64,000 nt of DNA from the human T2T-CHM13v2.0 reference genome, Homo sapiens: assembly GCF_009914755.1 (NCBI RefSeq), contig NC_060925.1. One strand, written 5' to 3'. Both the position numbers and the translations under genes were made by a program. The first letter of the stretch is position 1; the number at the start of each line of letters is the position of its first letter. A model generated the notes under the pieces. The model made no database searches. It saw only the letters and a list, made by a program, of their open reading frames with translations, and was not told the origin of the DNA. Shown here in pieces: positions 40,360 to 56,544 of the stretch.

Positions 40360-41870
40360 TTCTATCTTTCACAGATACTTTATTACCTATTGTGTACCAA
40401 GAACTGTTTAGGCACTGAGGATTAAACAGTGAAAAGACAAAGTGCTTCCTGGAACTGTGAATTTGGCATTCTAATTGTGGAAGCAAATCAATGTCAATGG
40501 ATTTCAAAATGGGTCTATGTTTTAAGATTGGTGAGATGAAGTTACACATACAGTTGAATTGTTTTTCTTTTATTTACTATTAATTTAGCAATAGAGTGAA
40601 AGGGATACTTGCAATTTTAAGAAGAGAAATAAGTAAGTTTGCTTCCCTGGTGGCTCCCTCTTATGGAGGCAAGTCTTCGATTCAGAAGAGATTCATTTTC
40701 ACTGCTGTGTAGAGGATGGTTTGAAGGGGCCTGAAATAAGAACAAGGAGGTGAATGAGGAGGAACCCGCCGCGCTAATCTAGGCATGGAATAATAGCCTT
40801 CTCTATGAACTATGTCACAATGGAAATAGAGTCAAGAAAGAATATCGAGTATACATATTGAAGATGAAATAAATTGATTTTGCAGAAAGAAATTGTTTTG
40901 TGGAGAGTAAAAGAAAGGAAAATAATTCAAGGACACCTCCATTTCTGGCTTGAGATATTTGGTGGATGTTCAATACTACTGCAGGGATAATGGGGATTAA
41001 GGTGTGGGTTTAGGGAGGAAAATCAAATGTTCTGTTCGGACATTGTATTAGTCTCTTTTTATACTGTCATAAAGAACTTCCTTGAAACTCTGTAATTTAT
41101 AAAAGAAAGAGGTTTAATTTGCTCACAATTCCATATGGCTGGGGAAGCCTCAAGAAACTTACGATCATGGTGGAAGGCGAAGGGGAAGCAGGCACCTGCT
41201 TCACAAAGTGGCAGGTGAGAGTGAGTGTGTGAAGGAGGAACTGTCAGATACGTATAAATCCATCAGATCATATGATAACTCACTCACTATCACGAGAACA
41301 GCATGGGGAAAACCATCCCCGAGATCCAGTCATCTCCCTCCCTCCACACATGGAAATTACAGGTCCCTCCCTTGACATGTGGAGATTACAAATTGAGATG
41401 AGATTTGGGTGGGGACACAGAGCCAAACAGTACCAGACATTATAAATATCAGGTATCTATAGCATAATCAATTGGAGATAGAGAGGAAGTAATTGAATAC
41501 ACGAGTCTAAAGCTCAGGTAAAGAGTAGAGATAAAATTGTGGGAGTTATTAGCAAGTTCATAGTATTTCAATTCATATGGTTGCACGATATCATTTAAAG
41601 ACTGACCACAGAGAGAAAGATGAAAAGAGGCCAGGATTGCTCCCAGGAGACACTTCATACTGTGAGAGACAAAGGCATGGAGGAACTAGCAAAGGAAGTA
41701 GAGAAGTAACCAGTGAGAATGAAAAACATCAGGAGGCAGTGGCTTCGAGGAAGTCAAAAGGAGAGAGTGGTTGACGGCATCGATTTTACTAGAAAGTTGA
41801 GTAAAAGCAAACAGAGAAGAACACAGTGGTTTGGGGGAAAAAGGTCACCTGCCATTTTGAGTGGTCCACT
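40360..41870 (-). mobile_element. L2 remnant interrupted by a THE1/MST LTR
   Basis: ACCTATTGTGTACCAAGAACTGTTTAGGCACTGAGGAT resembles the L2 3' end in reverse complement; purine-rich continuation on both sides of the LTR. Confidence 0.7.
41044..41435 (-). mobile_element. THE1D/MSTA-like solo LTR
   Basis: TGTATTAGTC to AGCCAAACAGTACCA; perfect 5-bp TSD GACAT at 41039-41043 and 41436-41440. Confidence 0.92.
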
Positions 41871-42486
41871 ACAATGTGTAATCATAGCTATAATAATGAG
41901 AGATTTCCAAAAATGAAAGAAAAAACAGGCAAGTTAAGAATTCTACAGCACAAGAAGAAGGGAAAGGCAAGTTTCTGTACCATTAATCTAATATTTAGAT
42001 GAGACACAGAAATTTGTGCATATATTAATATTTCTTATAATATTACTGAGACCATCTTTCCCCAGAGAGTATAAGGCTAGTGCTTGAATACATAGAATAG
42101 TTTTTTGACATAAAAGAATACTTTCAAAGCAACAAAAAGTTTTGCATTGATTTGGGTCAATGAAGCATTTAGCTCTTGTGATTTAATGTATAATGGACTA
42201 TGTTACAGCTTCTTCCCACTCCCCTGAATATTTGGAGATATCTGAGGAACCCATTAGGTGGAGTTAAGATCTCAGGAATTTGGGAGTTGCAGAGCATAAG
42301 ATACATTTCTAGATATCCTTCTATGGTAAACAGTCCTTAGGTTAAGAAAACAGCAATTTAGGTAATACTTTAAACTAGTGGATGTATCCAATTAACTTTA
42401 TTAAAACAAAGGCTATTTTTCTGAAATATTATTGTAATTTATGTAATTATGTGAGTTTCAAAGAAATAGCTGGCATTTTTGTCTAG

Positions 42487-42780
<294 letters not shown>

Positions 42781-43711
42781 TTGCCTACATTTTTATACTA
42801 TTTGTCAGTCATAATCTGTGACAAAGACATAAAGTAATGAAAATGCCCAGCATGTCAACTGAACCTTAAGAAAGATCCCTCTGTAATTTGTGGGGAAGGA
42901 GGGTGGAATTCTTAGGCACCTCTAATTTGGGAAATTTGGAATTGTGCACAAAAATATAATGTATAGTATATACATATATACATGATTTGATCTGTAATAT
43001 ATGCCAGAACTTGCCATCAGTAGTCAAAATGTCATTTCGACTGCAAGCTTGTTGGTTTGTTCTCTGTGAACTTGGAGACCATGGGTGAAGATAACAAGTG
43101 ATACATAAAATAATTATTACTACAATCAATCACTTCACACCTTGTACTCTTTCCCTAGAAAGGAGAAACTGCAACCCCTAATTTTGAAGTTTTTAAATCA
43201 GTGAATCTCAGTTTCTAATTCTGTTGTTCATATTTTTCTCCAGGTGTCACATAGCATTTAATATATCTAAAATTAATATATGACTACCACTTAATAATTC
43301 CTAGGCCCAAGGCTAGTTATTGCTTCCCACCCTCCCAGAAGTTGTGTGACCAAAGCTCCATGCTCTACAGGACACCCATTATTAAAAGTGTCCTCTGATA
43401 ACTGAAACAGAGGAGAATGGTTTGGAGGCTTTAAGCCATTTTATCTTGAATAACCTGTGATAAGTTGGGTCTTTGACTTTGTACAACTTAATAACCAATA
43501 GGTGAAAGTATATATTCTTCCTTATGAAGAGGAACACACATTTTTCTAACTATATCATCATTGTTGACCCTTTTCAAACAAATCACAAATATTGGAATAG
43601 GATAATAGCTTAAAAAAATCAGGAAGAACTAAAAACAAACGAGCCATCACTGTGGCTCCAGCCTTCAGATTGAGAGAATTTGGCGTTTCTGGAAATTAGA
43701 TCTATATTAAC

Positions 43712-44040
43712 AAATATCATCTTGAATTATAACTCCCACAATTCCCTCATGTCATGGGAGGAACCCCGTGGGAGGTGATTGAATTATGGGGCCGGGTCTT
43801 TCCCGTGCTGCTGTCTTGATAGTGAATGAGTCTCATGAGATCTGATGGTTTTAAAAATGGGGTTTCCCTGCACAAGCTCTCTTCTCTTGTCTGCCCCAGT
43901 GAGATGTGCCTTTCACCTTCCATCATGGTTTTGAGGCCTCCCCAGCCATGTAGAACTGCAAGTCCAATAAACCTGTTTCTTTTGTTAATTGCCCGGTCTT
44001 GGATATGTCTTTATCAGCAGTGTGAAAATGAACTAATGCA
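43712..44040 (+). mobile_element. THE1A/B-like LTR lacking its first ~25 bp
   Basis: CATCTTGAATTATAACTCCCACAATTCC, GTTTCCCTGCACAAGCTCT, ending GAACTAATGCA. Confidence 0.88.
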
Positions 44041-44329
44041 GAAGATCTTGAGTTATTTGACGCTAAAACCTGAGAAAGATAACACCCCTGGAACCAAAAA
44101 TCTATACTCCAGTTGTTCTCATTAGTTTTACTAAAAATGTCTTTTTGGAAGAAACTGATGGGCCCTCTGCTGCCTTTAACTTCCGTGGACTAAATGGAGG
44201 CAATTGATACTACCATTGTCTTCAATACCATCTTTTCCCTCAGACCTACACCTCTATCATTATTCTCTAGTTCAATACACTATGTGGATTTTCTTTATTA
44301 AAAAAAAGGAGTTTCATGAATCCCCAGCT

Positions 44330-45060
44330 CTGTCAGACTTTCCGTAAAAATTCATGTTAATTATACCTCAAACCTATCTCTAAAATGTATCTGCTTCTTT
44401 CTATTCCTACTATGAGTGACTATGCTACTACAATAACTTCATAACTGATCTCTCTGCGTTCAATTTTGCTTTCTATCCATCTATTCTCTTCACACTGCTG
44501 CCAGGGTGATCTCTAACAAAATCACATCTGATAATCATAGCATCCGCTTATGCATTCTGAGGGTTTCATATTTTCTTTGAAAAGAAAATACAAAATTCTA
44601 CATATGACCTTTCCCACCTGGCCATCTTTACCTCTAATTCTCTTCACCACACAATAATCTCACAGCTGGTGATCTGTTAGAATTCTCACCACTTCTCCTT
44701 TGAAGTGCTTCTGAGGCCTTTCTGAAATTCTCTGATTCTCCCAAATGTCATAAATTCTGTCTTAACTAGAGATTTGGATATATTGTTTCCCTTCCTGGAA
44801 GACCTTTCTTCTCCATTTTTAACTGTCTTTCTGATATTCAGATATCAGGTGATAAAAAGTAATATTCAATTCTTTGGAGAGAACTTCTAAGACTGCTCAG
44901 AAAAGATAAAATATTCTGTTACTCTTTGCTTGAACCCACCACATTGTCATTATTGATTTGGCATCTCTCTTTCCCTGTTGACCTCAAGTGGTCTTGTCTT
45001 GCTGACCTACATACCTAGTATCTATGGTGGAATTGACAACAATAATACAAACAAACATTA
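44330..45060 (+). mobile_element. L2 remnant
   Basis: Pyrimidine-rich; CACACTGCTGCCAGGGTGATCT and CACATCTGAT resemble L2. Confidence 0.6.
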
Positions 45061-45102
45061 GACAAAGTGGCAGATTAGAGAAACACATTTGCAAACTTCA
45101 TA

Positions 45103-45343
45103 CAGGTTGCGCATCCCTTATCTGAAGTACTTGGGACCAGAAGTGCTTTGGATTTTAAAATATTTGTATGTACTACATAATGAGATATCTTGGGATGGGA
45201 CCAAGTCTAAACACAAAATTTATTTATATTTATACACTTCATTGCCTGAGGGTAATTTATACAATTTTAAAGATAATTTTGTGCAGTTTCAGATTTTAAA
45301 GCATTTTGGATTTCAGATTTTCTGATTAAGAATCCTCAACCTG
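45103..45343. mobile_element. Tigger4/MER46-family MITE
   Basis: TIRs CAGGTTGCGCATCCCTTA and TAAGAATCCTCAACCTG; TA target duplication at 45101-45102 and 45344-45345. Confidence 0.9.
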
Positions 45344-45745
45344 TAATAGAAAACTGATACGTATTTACAATATATAGGGAATATTGGGAATAAATATAAA
45401 AATAGACCCCAAATGAAAAGATTCATTATATCCAATCTGAGAAAAATGGAGGTTATTCAGAAGGTTATAGTTCGTGGGAGAGTGTGGGAATTGTTAAAAT
45501 ATTTTTAGAATTCAACATAGAATTCTCTATTAGAATTTTAAAAATGTATATACCTTTTGATTTGGCCATTCTGTTTCTAGGAACGTATCCTCTATAACCA
45601 TTAATTTATGCACAAAGAGGTACACACAAAGATGCTTATTATATCATAATTGTAAGAGATCTTGAAGCTAAAATAGTGGAAAGCCCATGAGCAAGTGAAT
45701 GGTTGAAGAAATTATGGAAAATATATATTGTGTATAGCTGCTTAG

Positions 45746-46168
<423 letters not shown>

Positions 46169-46355
46169 TAAATAACTTCATTAGAGATATACTAAGTTTC
46201 TTTTAGATTTTTTTCTATGTGCAAGTAGAATTTTTGCTACATTGGTCAGAAACTTTTCTTTTTAAACATTTCCTTTTATATTATTGCAGTAATATTGTTG
46301 TTATAAACTTACAGAGATAATCTATTTATGTAACAGGGGAGAGAATCCAGAAACA

Positions 46356-46682
<327 letters not shown>

Positions 46683-46714
46683 TCAGTGGTGCGAAGACGT
46701 TTGAATGTTCACAT

Positions 46715-48298
46715 TGTCACAGGATCTTTCAGGTGTCGTTTTGCCAGCCAGAAAACTCTGTGGCCAGTGGTGCCTTTGCCTCAGTTTGCTCAGGCCTACT
46801 GGGTTCCATCCAGGCTGTGCTCAGCCCACAGTACTGGCCTGGATCCCACACCAGCCAAGGGTGAGCCAGGCATGGAGTGGTGAGGAGTGTGTGAGTGAAT
46901 GACAGTGGGATCTGGCCACTGCACACAGCCAGGCATGCCAGCTGCTGAAGTGAGGCAGGCAGCTCTAGGTGCCAGCCAGGCACCAGCTCTGTGCAAGGCT
47001 GTGGCTGGACAAGATTTACTGCAAGTGGCTTCTGCTACAGGCACCAGCATCTGGATTTGGGGACTGCAGTAGCGACCAGAAGCTTGGAGACGTCAGAAAC
47101 TGCAGAGCCCTAAAGAGGGAGTTATGGCCCTGGCTTGGGAAGCCCCCAGGTCTGGGCTTCCCAAAAGGCTGCAGCTCTTCTCTCCTTCTTGTTGCCTGCA
47201 ACATGGAGAGCTGGGTCATGGTGGGGGGAGCAGGGGAGTGTGTTTCAGCTCAGTCTGGGTTACAGCTGTTTCAGTCCCACCATTTGGCAGGTCTCAAGTT
47301 CTTGTCCCATGTCTAGGAAGAATGAGGTACATGGACAACTGGAGGGTGAGCAAGGCAGAGAGGAGCTTCACTGAGTGACAGAACAGCTCTCAGGAGACTG
47401 GCAATGGGTAGGTCATTTCCTCAGGCAGGTTTTCCCAGTAAGCTGAGGAGACTGGAAGTGGGTAGTTGCTTCATGCAGCTGGTTGTCCCAATGCCTGTCA
47501 GAGTCTGCCTTAGTCCCGGGGTTTTTATGGGCTCAGAAGGGAGAAAGTGTATGCTGACTGGTCCATGGATGGCCACTGGTGGGCCTGGAAAAAGCACCCT
47601 CTGATTGGCCAAATGGTCATCAATTAAGTTCTCACTCGGAGCTGCAGACTTCACCCAGAACTGTCAGCTCGGCCCCCAGGCTTCAGGTCATCCCTGGATT
47701 CAAGGTGGAGTTTCACTCAGGACCCATCCCTTTCCACCCAGGAGCCTGTCTGCCTCCTGCCACCATCAACATGTCATCCATGGTGCTCCGGCTGTTCATG
47801 CCAAGGGGTTCCTGCAGGTCCATGCTGAGCTGCCCTCCGCCCCCCACCTTGGGCTCACTACCATGCTCCTGGGGACACCAAAAGTCAAGAGGGGGCCGAG
47901 GTGGAAGGGCGCTGGAGTGTCAGCGTGCCCTGAGCGTGCACACACCTGGCCATGTTTTGACAGCGTTTGGGCCTGACCACAACTTTGGTCTGCCCCAGAG
48001 TGGGCACCAGGAGCAGGGAGAGGCCAGGGAGTGAGGGCAGGCACTTTCAAGGCTGCAGGGGCAGGGGGCTTCCTGAGTCCCCGAGAGCACAGAGATGCCT
48101 AGGTCCAGAGGCACGGCTGGGAAGCTGCACCTGCGCCCAGGAGTGTGGGCTCCTACCTTGCCAACTCAGTAGGAGCCAGAGCTCCCGCCTGTTCCTGGTC
48201 CACACCATCTCCACAGAGTGAGTAGCCCTGGCCGTGCCATGCCCCCTGCAGCTGGTGACCCTACAGCAGCTGCTCCAGATGGGCTGCTGCCACCAACA
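46715..48298 (-). mobile_element. MER52-family solo LTR, complete (1584 bp)
   Basis: Minus strand TGTTGGTGGCAGCAGCCCATCTGGAGC to GATCCTGTGACA; perfect 4-bp TSD ACAT at 46711-46714 and 48299-48302; GC-rich. Confidence 0.9.
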
Positions 48299-48302
48299 AC
48301 AT

Positions 48303-49300
48303 AGTTTGAAAGAAATCATATTGAATTCCTACTTCACATTACATACAACAGTCAATTCCATGTTGCTTTAAGGCTTCCATGTGAAAAGCACAACCACAAA
48401 ATTATAAAATATAAAATTAAAACTCTGAAATGAGAGCTCAGTAGATTTTATTACATAAAGATTAAGAATTTCTACTCATCAAAAAGACATAAGAAACATG
48501 ATAGGACAAAATACTGACAGGGATATTTATATAATATAAAGCTCCAAAATGTGTAGTATCTAGAGCACAAACTTCGATAGGAGTTAAAAGCCAAACAAAT
48601 TATTGGGAATGCAAATGAAAACCCCAGTGAATTTCCACTTTACATACAACATTTTAAAAAATGTAGAAGTCTTAGATACCATGAATTTACAATGATGTGA
48701 AGCAGGAACAAGCGTATCTATTGGGGTAATATAAATTAATTATATCACTTCAGAAAACAGTCATGCAGATTCCTATAACTTTGAACATTGATACACGAAG
48801 TGAGTTGGCAATCCCACTCCTCAGAATATAGATTTGAAAAATTCTTTCACCAGTGTTTTTCACCTCATTAGAAAAATCACTATATAATTTAGAATAGAAA
48901 AAATCCTGGGCAGAAAGCATAGGTTCATCAAAGTAGAATGGATAAAACTCATTAAAGTTACACAAGGATATTTTATATAGCAATGATAATGAATAAACTA
49001 CAATAATATACATTAATATGGATAAATCTTATTTCAAAGTCTGATATGATTTCATTCCATTAAAGAAGAAAAGCAAGCAAAATGTAACAATATATCATTT
49101 ATGGATACAATATAGGTGACATTGTCAAAGAGAGACTCAAGAGAATAATTAACAAAAAATGTAGGAAACAGGTTCCCTGAAGAGAGACAGTGGGAAAATA
49201 GAGGCAAATGGTGAGCCATACATGGAGTTTCAGGCAGATGGTGGAGATACAGATAGTCATCTTATTAGAATTCTTTAAACAGCGTATATTTGTTTTAAAC
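48303..49300 (+). mobile_element. Degenerate L1ME-type remnant
   Basis: GGGAATGCAAATGAAAACC and GCAATCCCACTCCT are L1 3'-region phrases. Confidence 0.6.
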
Positions 49301-50275
49301 ATTTCTTTTTCTGTTTTTCTTTTTCCCAGTGTGTAATTTGTTTATGGGGGAAAATCTCATTTGTCAAATACAAGGATTAATTGTGTTGACATAAAACTTA
49401 CTGGACTGAAATATTCTTCTGGAATACAAAATAATTACCATAAAATATACAAAATTTAAAATAAAACTCTTTATGGAGGAATCATGAGTTAAGATTGTGA
49501 ATATATATAACTATGAAGCTTACTTTGAATTCATTTCTTTTCACACACAAAATGTTGATTGATTATTTACTGTACCGGGGCCATACACTAGTGAATGGAA
49601 ATAAAGCAATGAACAAGACAGCAGTAGTATCTGTCGTCTTTCAGTCTATAAGGTAATCTTTGTCATAATATTCCAAGAGTGAGTACTACAGATATTAACA
49701 ACAGTGGTATATAAATATTTTATGTTTAATAAACTTACATCCAATTAAAGCTCATTGAATGGATATATAAATTACTAATTTTAAGCTGTTGAACTAGAAA
49801 TTTTTCTCCTTACCCATAACAATATGATAGATAACAATCATAGGTTTAAGCTTCTGGTTAAATTCATGCTCTTTGAAAATTGCAATCTAGACAACTTATG
49901 GAACTCTATGAATTCTATACTAAAAAGGTTTGGCTGTTTTTAGGTATTGGCTTAAATCATGTCTTCCATTTCCAAAATATCATCAATTAAGAAAGTATCT
50001 AAACTTAAAAAAAGTTTATCTTCCCCTACAAAGATGTCTCTTCTTAATAATGCATTTTCATGTCTTCAGTGGTTTATAAAGAAGACTGAGCACATCATAG
50101 TCAATCAGGAAATACTTAAATATCTTCACGTGTACTTAAGAACACAATACATTATCAAACTATGCTGCTATTGTACTAATACTAATGGCTTTAAACAAAC
50201 ATTTTGCTAAATGAGAAAAAAGAATTTTACCAAAAATTTGAATTTCCACTCTTTTTTCTCTCTCTTCTAGATTAC

Positions 50276-50300
50276 TGTGTGTGTGTGTGTGTGTGTGTGT
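50276..50300. repeat. (TG)n microsatellite
   Basis: Directly visible. Confidence 0.95.
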
Positions 50301-51479
50301 TGTGAGTGTGCACGTGCTTGCATGTAACTGTGTGCTAGACATTTGCATTCATTTCTGCTTTTTGTCTTTTAACTCTTCAGAAGTGGTAATATCCCATTGG
50401 CGACACAATAAATCCTCCCCCAAGCTACCAAATATATCATGATGCATGAAAGCACTTAGTGAAGCAACAGCAAGAACAAATGATTTTTCTGAGCCAATTT
50501 TCCTATATTCTTGCAAATGTTTCTGATAAAAACAATTGGAAAATAATAGAAATGCAAATTAGACATTTGTGATGTCTCATCAGAGTAGTTTCCTATCAAG
50601 TCCAATTATTCTTCCATATTTCTTTAACACTTCTTCATTGAGCTGCATAGCAGTTTGAATGAAAGCCAAGATGTAGAAGAATAAACATAGTTAGATTGAA
50701 CCAACAGTGGGCTTTTTTGGTTGAAACTCAGGCCTGGGAGCAAACACGAATGATAAAGTTATTATGAAGGCGGGTTTAAATGATTACACATTAAAAATTA
50801 AATTTTGAAATGTTAAGCTAATACATTTGGAAATGGGCAGCCATTTAAAGATGTATACCCATAATGTGTATTTTATGAATTTGTTCCCTATTAAGCGTGA
50901 AGCTCTAGTTCCATAACTTCTGGGAAGCAATGGCCAGTCTCAGACTTAAGGATTAAGAGGTACGTGATTTTTAAATATATTAAATGATATCTAACACCTG
51001 GAAAATATATAAACAATAGAAATAGAAACTCAGGTGTACCTACTTAAGAATTTCTAAATATGAGGTTTTATTTCCTCTGTAGAGGAAGAGTTTACATTTT
51101 AAGTGATTGACTGTCATATCACTATTTTTTGTATCACTAGCTATATGCAGCCATGGTGCCAAATTAAGGGACAGCAAACACACAAACCTGGGGTTGATGC
51201 TTGATGTCAAGTTCCAACACATATGAGAGACCAAATCATCTACAAACTATAGATGACATTTTCACAGAAGTTTTCAAATTTTCCAAATTAGTTGTGCCTA
51301 ACTATAATGTTGTTGTTATTGTTCTCACCATTACAAATGAGTCCTTCACGTTAAAGTAACATTCCTGGGGTTTTTTATTATTAATTCTTTGTTAGAGATG
51401 ATGGTTGAGACATGGTACAAAAATTTTCTGCAAAAAGTTCAGATATTTCTTTGAAAATCAGACAATTGTATGCACTTTC

Positions 51480-52560
<1,081 letters not shown>

Positions 52561-53180
52561 CTCAAATAATATATTATGTAATTATCTTTCTTGGGGTTTC
52601 AAACTGATGGTAAAAATTTTAGAAAATGAGATCAACAGGTGCCAGTTCATGGTCCAGAAGTAGCGACAATCACATCAACTTCAGTCCTGCTTATACTGAG
52701 GAAGGTTATCCAACTGGAGAATAATGTACATTTTCATGTGAGTTAGAGAATGGAAAAAATAATAATTAGGACTATTTCTATAATTTCCTTGAATATTTGA
52801 GTCACCTAATAAATTGATCTCTTTTTGCATACATACATGATCAAAAGGAGTCCATCAAATCTTGGTTCAAAATCTGCCTTACTATGTATGAGGTATGTAC
52901 ACGTGGAAAAAATAAGAATTCTAAAAATTTGATATATTAACATGACATTCCAGAAGGGTTGTTTGAGCGCTACATGAGTCACATTGCAGGTGTGGGGAAA
53001 ACACATTACCCTTTTTTTTCTAATTCTTAAATTAAAAGGCAAATTAGTTTTATACAGAATACTTGAAGGGTTCTTTGGGAGGAAATAACTGAAGAACAGT
53101 TTTGATAAACAGTGTCTGTGTTACATTTAGCAGAATTTTCCTAATGATTCCAGAATCGGATACTAAGAAACACGGACACT

Positions 53181-53547
<367 letters not shown>

Positions 53548-54749
53548 TCAGAATTACAGTAAAGAATCTGCAAGTGTTGGCAAGCATAACTTTGATTATT
53601 ATTTGATTACATGAATTATGAAATGCATGTAAGTTGAAGTTTTAGAGAGACATATAAATACACAGTATAATTGGGGGTTCTTATTATTAAGGTCCCTTGT
53701 CTTTAGTATCTGATAGTTTCGCATCTCCTTCCTCATGAGTCCATGGCAGAAAGTGTCAGTCTGTCTTTTCCTGGCTCCTGTGGGTTAGAACCATTTATGA
53801 AGTACATATCTCTCCATAGTAGCTCCCTTATGGTGTTTTGATAAGAAGCTATTCTGGGACCTTCAGCTTTTCTTCTGTTACTACCTGTTGAGGTGAGAGC
53901 AAAGGAGATAGAGACAGCAAAGGAGGCAAGAAGTGGTCTACTCTCTTTTCCATCTTTCACCCAAGGATAAGTACTAACCACAGCAGAGCTTATATCTGGC
54001 TATATATTAAGGATATTTTCCTGAAGACCTGAAGAAAACAAAACAGCATAACATTAGAGCCCAGATAAATTTTGAACAAGATAAAGATTTGATCTTGGAG
54101 CCCTTGGGGTTCAGCTATAACCTATCTCTTCTGAGATGATTTAGTTATCCTCCCTCCAGGTGGAGGCAGCTTCATGACCATTCCTCCTGGATATATGTGC
54201 ATTTGGGGGAAGACCCTTATTCCATCACAAAGCACCAGATAGGAGTAGAGTCCTGGCTCATCCACTCTAATGCTGAATTCCCCAGTGTCCTCTTTTCCAT
54301 TCTACCTCTCACATGCTCTGACATTGGCACCCTGTCAGCCTGTCCCTTAACACCATAAACTACTATTGGTACATTTTCCAAAGTTTAAGCTTACTTAGAA
54401 TATGTATGATTGTTTTCTAGCCTGGTTCAATTCCTTTTCATGAATTTGTATTCATTACTAGGTCAAGATAAATACACATTCTTCCTGTAGTTTTCCAGGT
54501 CTTGTTTTCTGAACTCGGGAGCAATTGTTTAAAAATTAATACAGTGACAGTGATAATCTGTGTAATGTGATATTCAAAAGCAAAATTTGCATTTTAAAAA
54601 TGACAGATTTTGTAGCCTTCACCATAGTTGTAATGTTTTAACAATTTGAAGCCAATTTCGATGAGTACCCTAATTTCTCCAAATATTTAGCAAGAAGAGT
54701 TTTCCTAAGCAAAGAGTCTAGGCCATGGAAAATTAACTTTCCTCTTTCT

Positions 54750-54865
54750 CACACTTGTGAGAACAGTGAGGCTCAGAGAGTCTGAATTATTTGCCAAAGG
54801 TCCTAAGAGTGGTGGAGCTGGGATTCAAAACTATGTCACTCTTACTCTACAACCGTGCTGCCTTC
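54750..54865 (-). mobile_element. MIR fragment
   Basis: TGAGGCTCAGAGAG, TTGCCAAAGGTC and GGAGCTGGGATTCAAA. Confidence 0.75.
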
Positions 54866-56544
54866 TAAAATTTGTCACTGAATGTAACTTCCCTTAGCAC
54901 ATAAAACTGTGTGCAGCAAAAGTTCTACAAGCTCCGGGGTCAAGGGGAACAATAGGTTTTCTGTGTCTCCAGATAAGTTGACTCAACCCGATCATATTCA
55001 ATTCAATTTTCATTTATTGATCGTCCATCGGTTTCAGGTACTAAGTGCTAGACATAAAAATGACCAGAGAAAAAAGAGAATTTTGGAATGAGAGCAGAAT
55101 GGATTATTTTCTTCTTTCTTTCTTCTGGTTCAAATAGTATATCTCCTGCACATGACAGTTTTCCTGTAACCTGGTGTAGCACTTTGAAAATCCAGTAAAG
55201 CAGAAGTGACAGCGCTGTAACTCATGAACTCCACTGAGATTGCTATGGTGTGACAAACCTGTCTCAGCTGTCTGTATATAAATTAGGAATTCCTAAAGCT
55301 TTCAATACGAAAGTTGCTGTGAACTGCTTCATTTCAAACTGAAAGCATTGAAATGCTAATTAGGAAGCATTTTTTTTTTTCCTTCAAAGTAACTTTAAAT
55401 AACTTTTCGGGAAAGTAAACACAATTAGTCTATTTTTATGGGACAGATTTCTCCCTATGAGAGGAGAATGGCCATTTTTGTGAACTACTGTTGGATATGA
55501 CATATATATTTTGGAAGTCCCTTTCAATCGTTGGATTTGGCAGATAAAATGTTTATACCGATTGTATTTTATTGAAAGCCATTTTATGCAAATTAATTTA
55601 ACACAGAATTTAATGATTTTGGATGCTGTGAGATGAGGGGAAATAACCTTTAAAATTAACACTGCAATTTTCATCTTCTGATTGTCTCAGCCTCCCCCAG
55701 AATAGAAAATGCTTATTCTCTTGGAGAGAGAAATAAATTTAATCTTTACACGGGCACACTCAAAATTGCTATTATGCTTTTACGTATTTTTTTTCACCAT
55801 GTCGTATACATTTTCTTTTTATTTTGTGAAGTGAGGTGTGAACGTGAATGTGTGTGCCTGTGTGTGCGTGCACACGTGAACAGGAGCGGGGACAAATTCT
55901 AAATAAGCTCAGGTAGAATTTATTTATTTTTTCTAATTACAGAGTGCTCACAGAGCACCAAGCAATGGACCGATTTTGCATGTAGCAGAAGCACAGCTGC
56001 CTTCTCTCTAACCTACACCTCCTCCTCTATTCCTGACCTTGTAAATGGCATGGATAATTAATCAATGACATACGCTGATGACATAGGTGTCATTCTAAAC
56101 TCTGTTTTCTATCATACCTCCTCCATTTCCTTCTTAGTGTGGTTGATCAAAGGCCCATCTATTCTTTTTAATAATAATGTCTTCATGTTTTCAAATATAT
56201 TAATTTCCATTGATACTCTGTGATATACAATCCCATCACTTTTTTTCAAATTTGTCATAATTCTGTCATATTGCATATCTAGCTTGAATCACTGTTGTGC
56301 GAAATTACGGTAAAAGTTCTATTTGAATTGTAATAAAATATAGAAAGGTGAGAAAGGGAGATTTCAATCATTATTTGTGGACTATAGACTCTTAGCTGGT
56401 AAAACAAAATGAATAAAATGACAATTAGAAATAACAGAATATTGAAAAATGTCATATAAGTGTTTAAAACTGAAATGTATTAAATTATAAAATATTTATT
56501 ATGCAACTTATCTAAATAAATTCTACCTGAGCTTATTTAGAATT

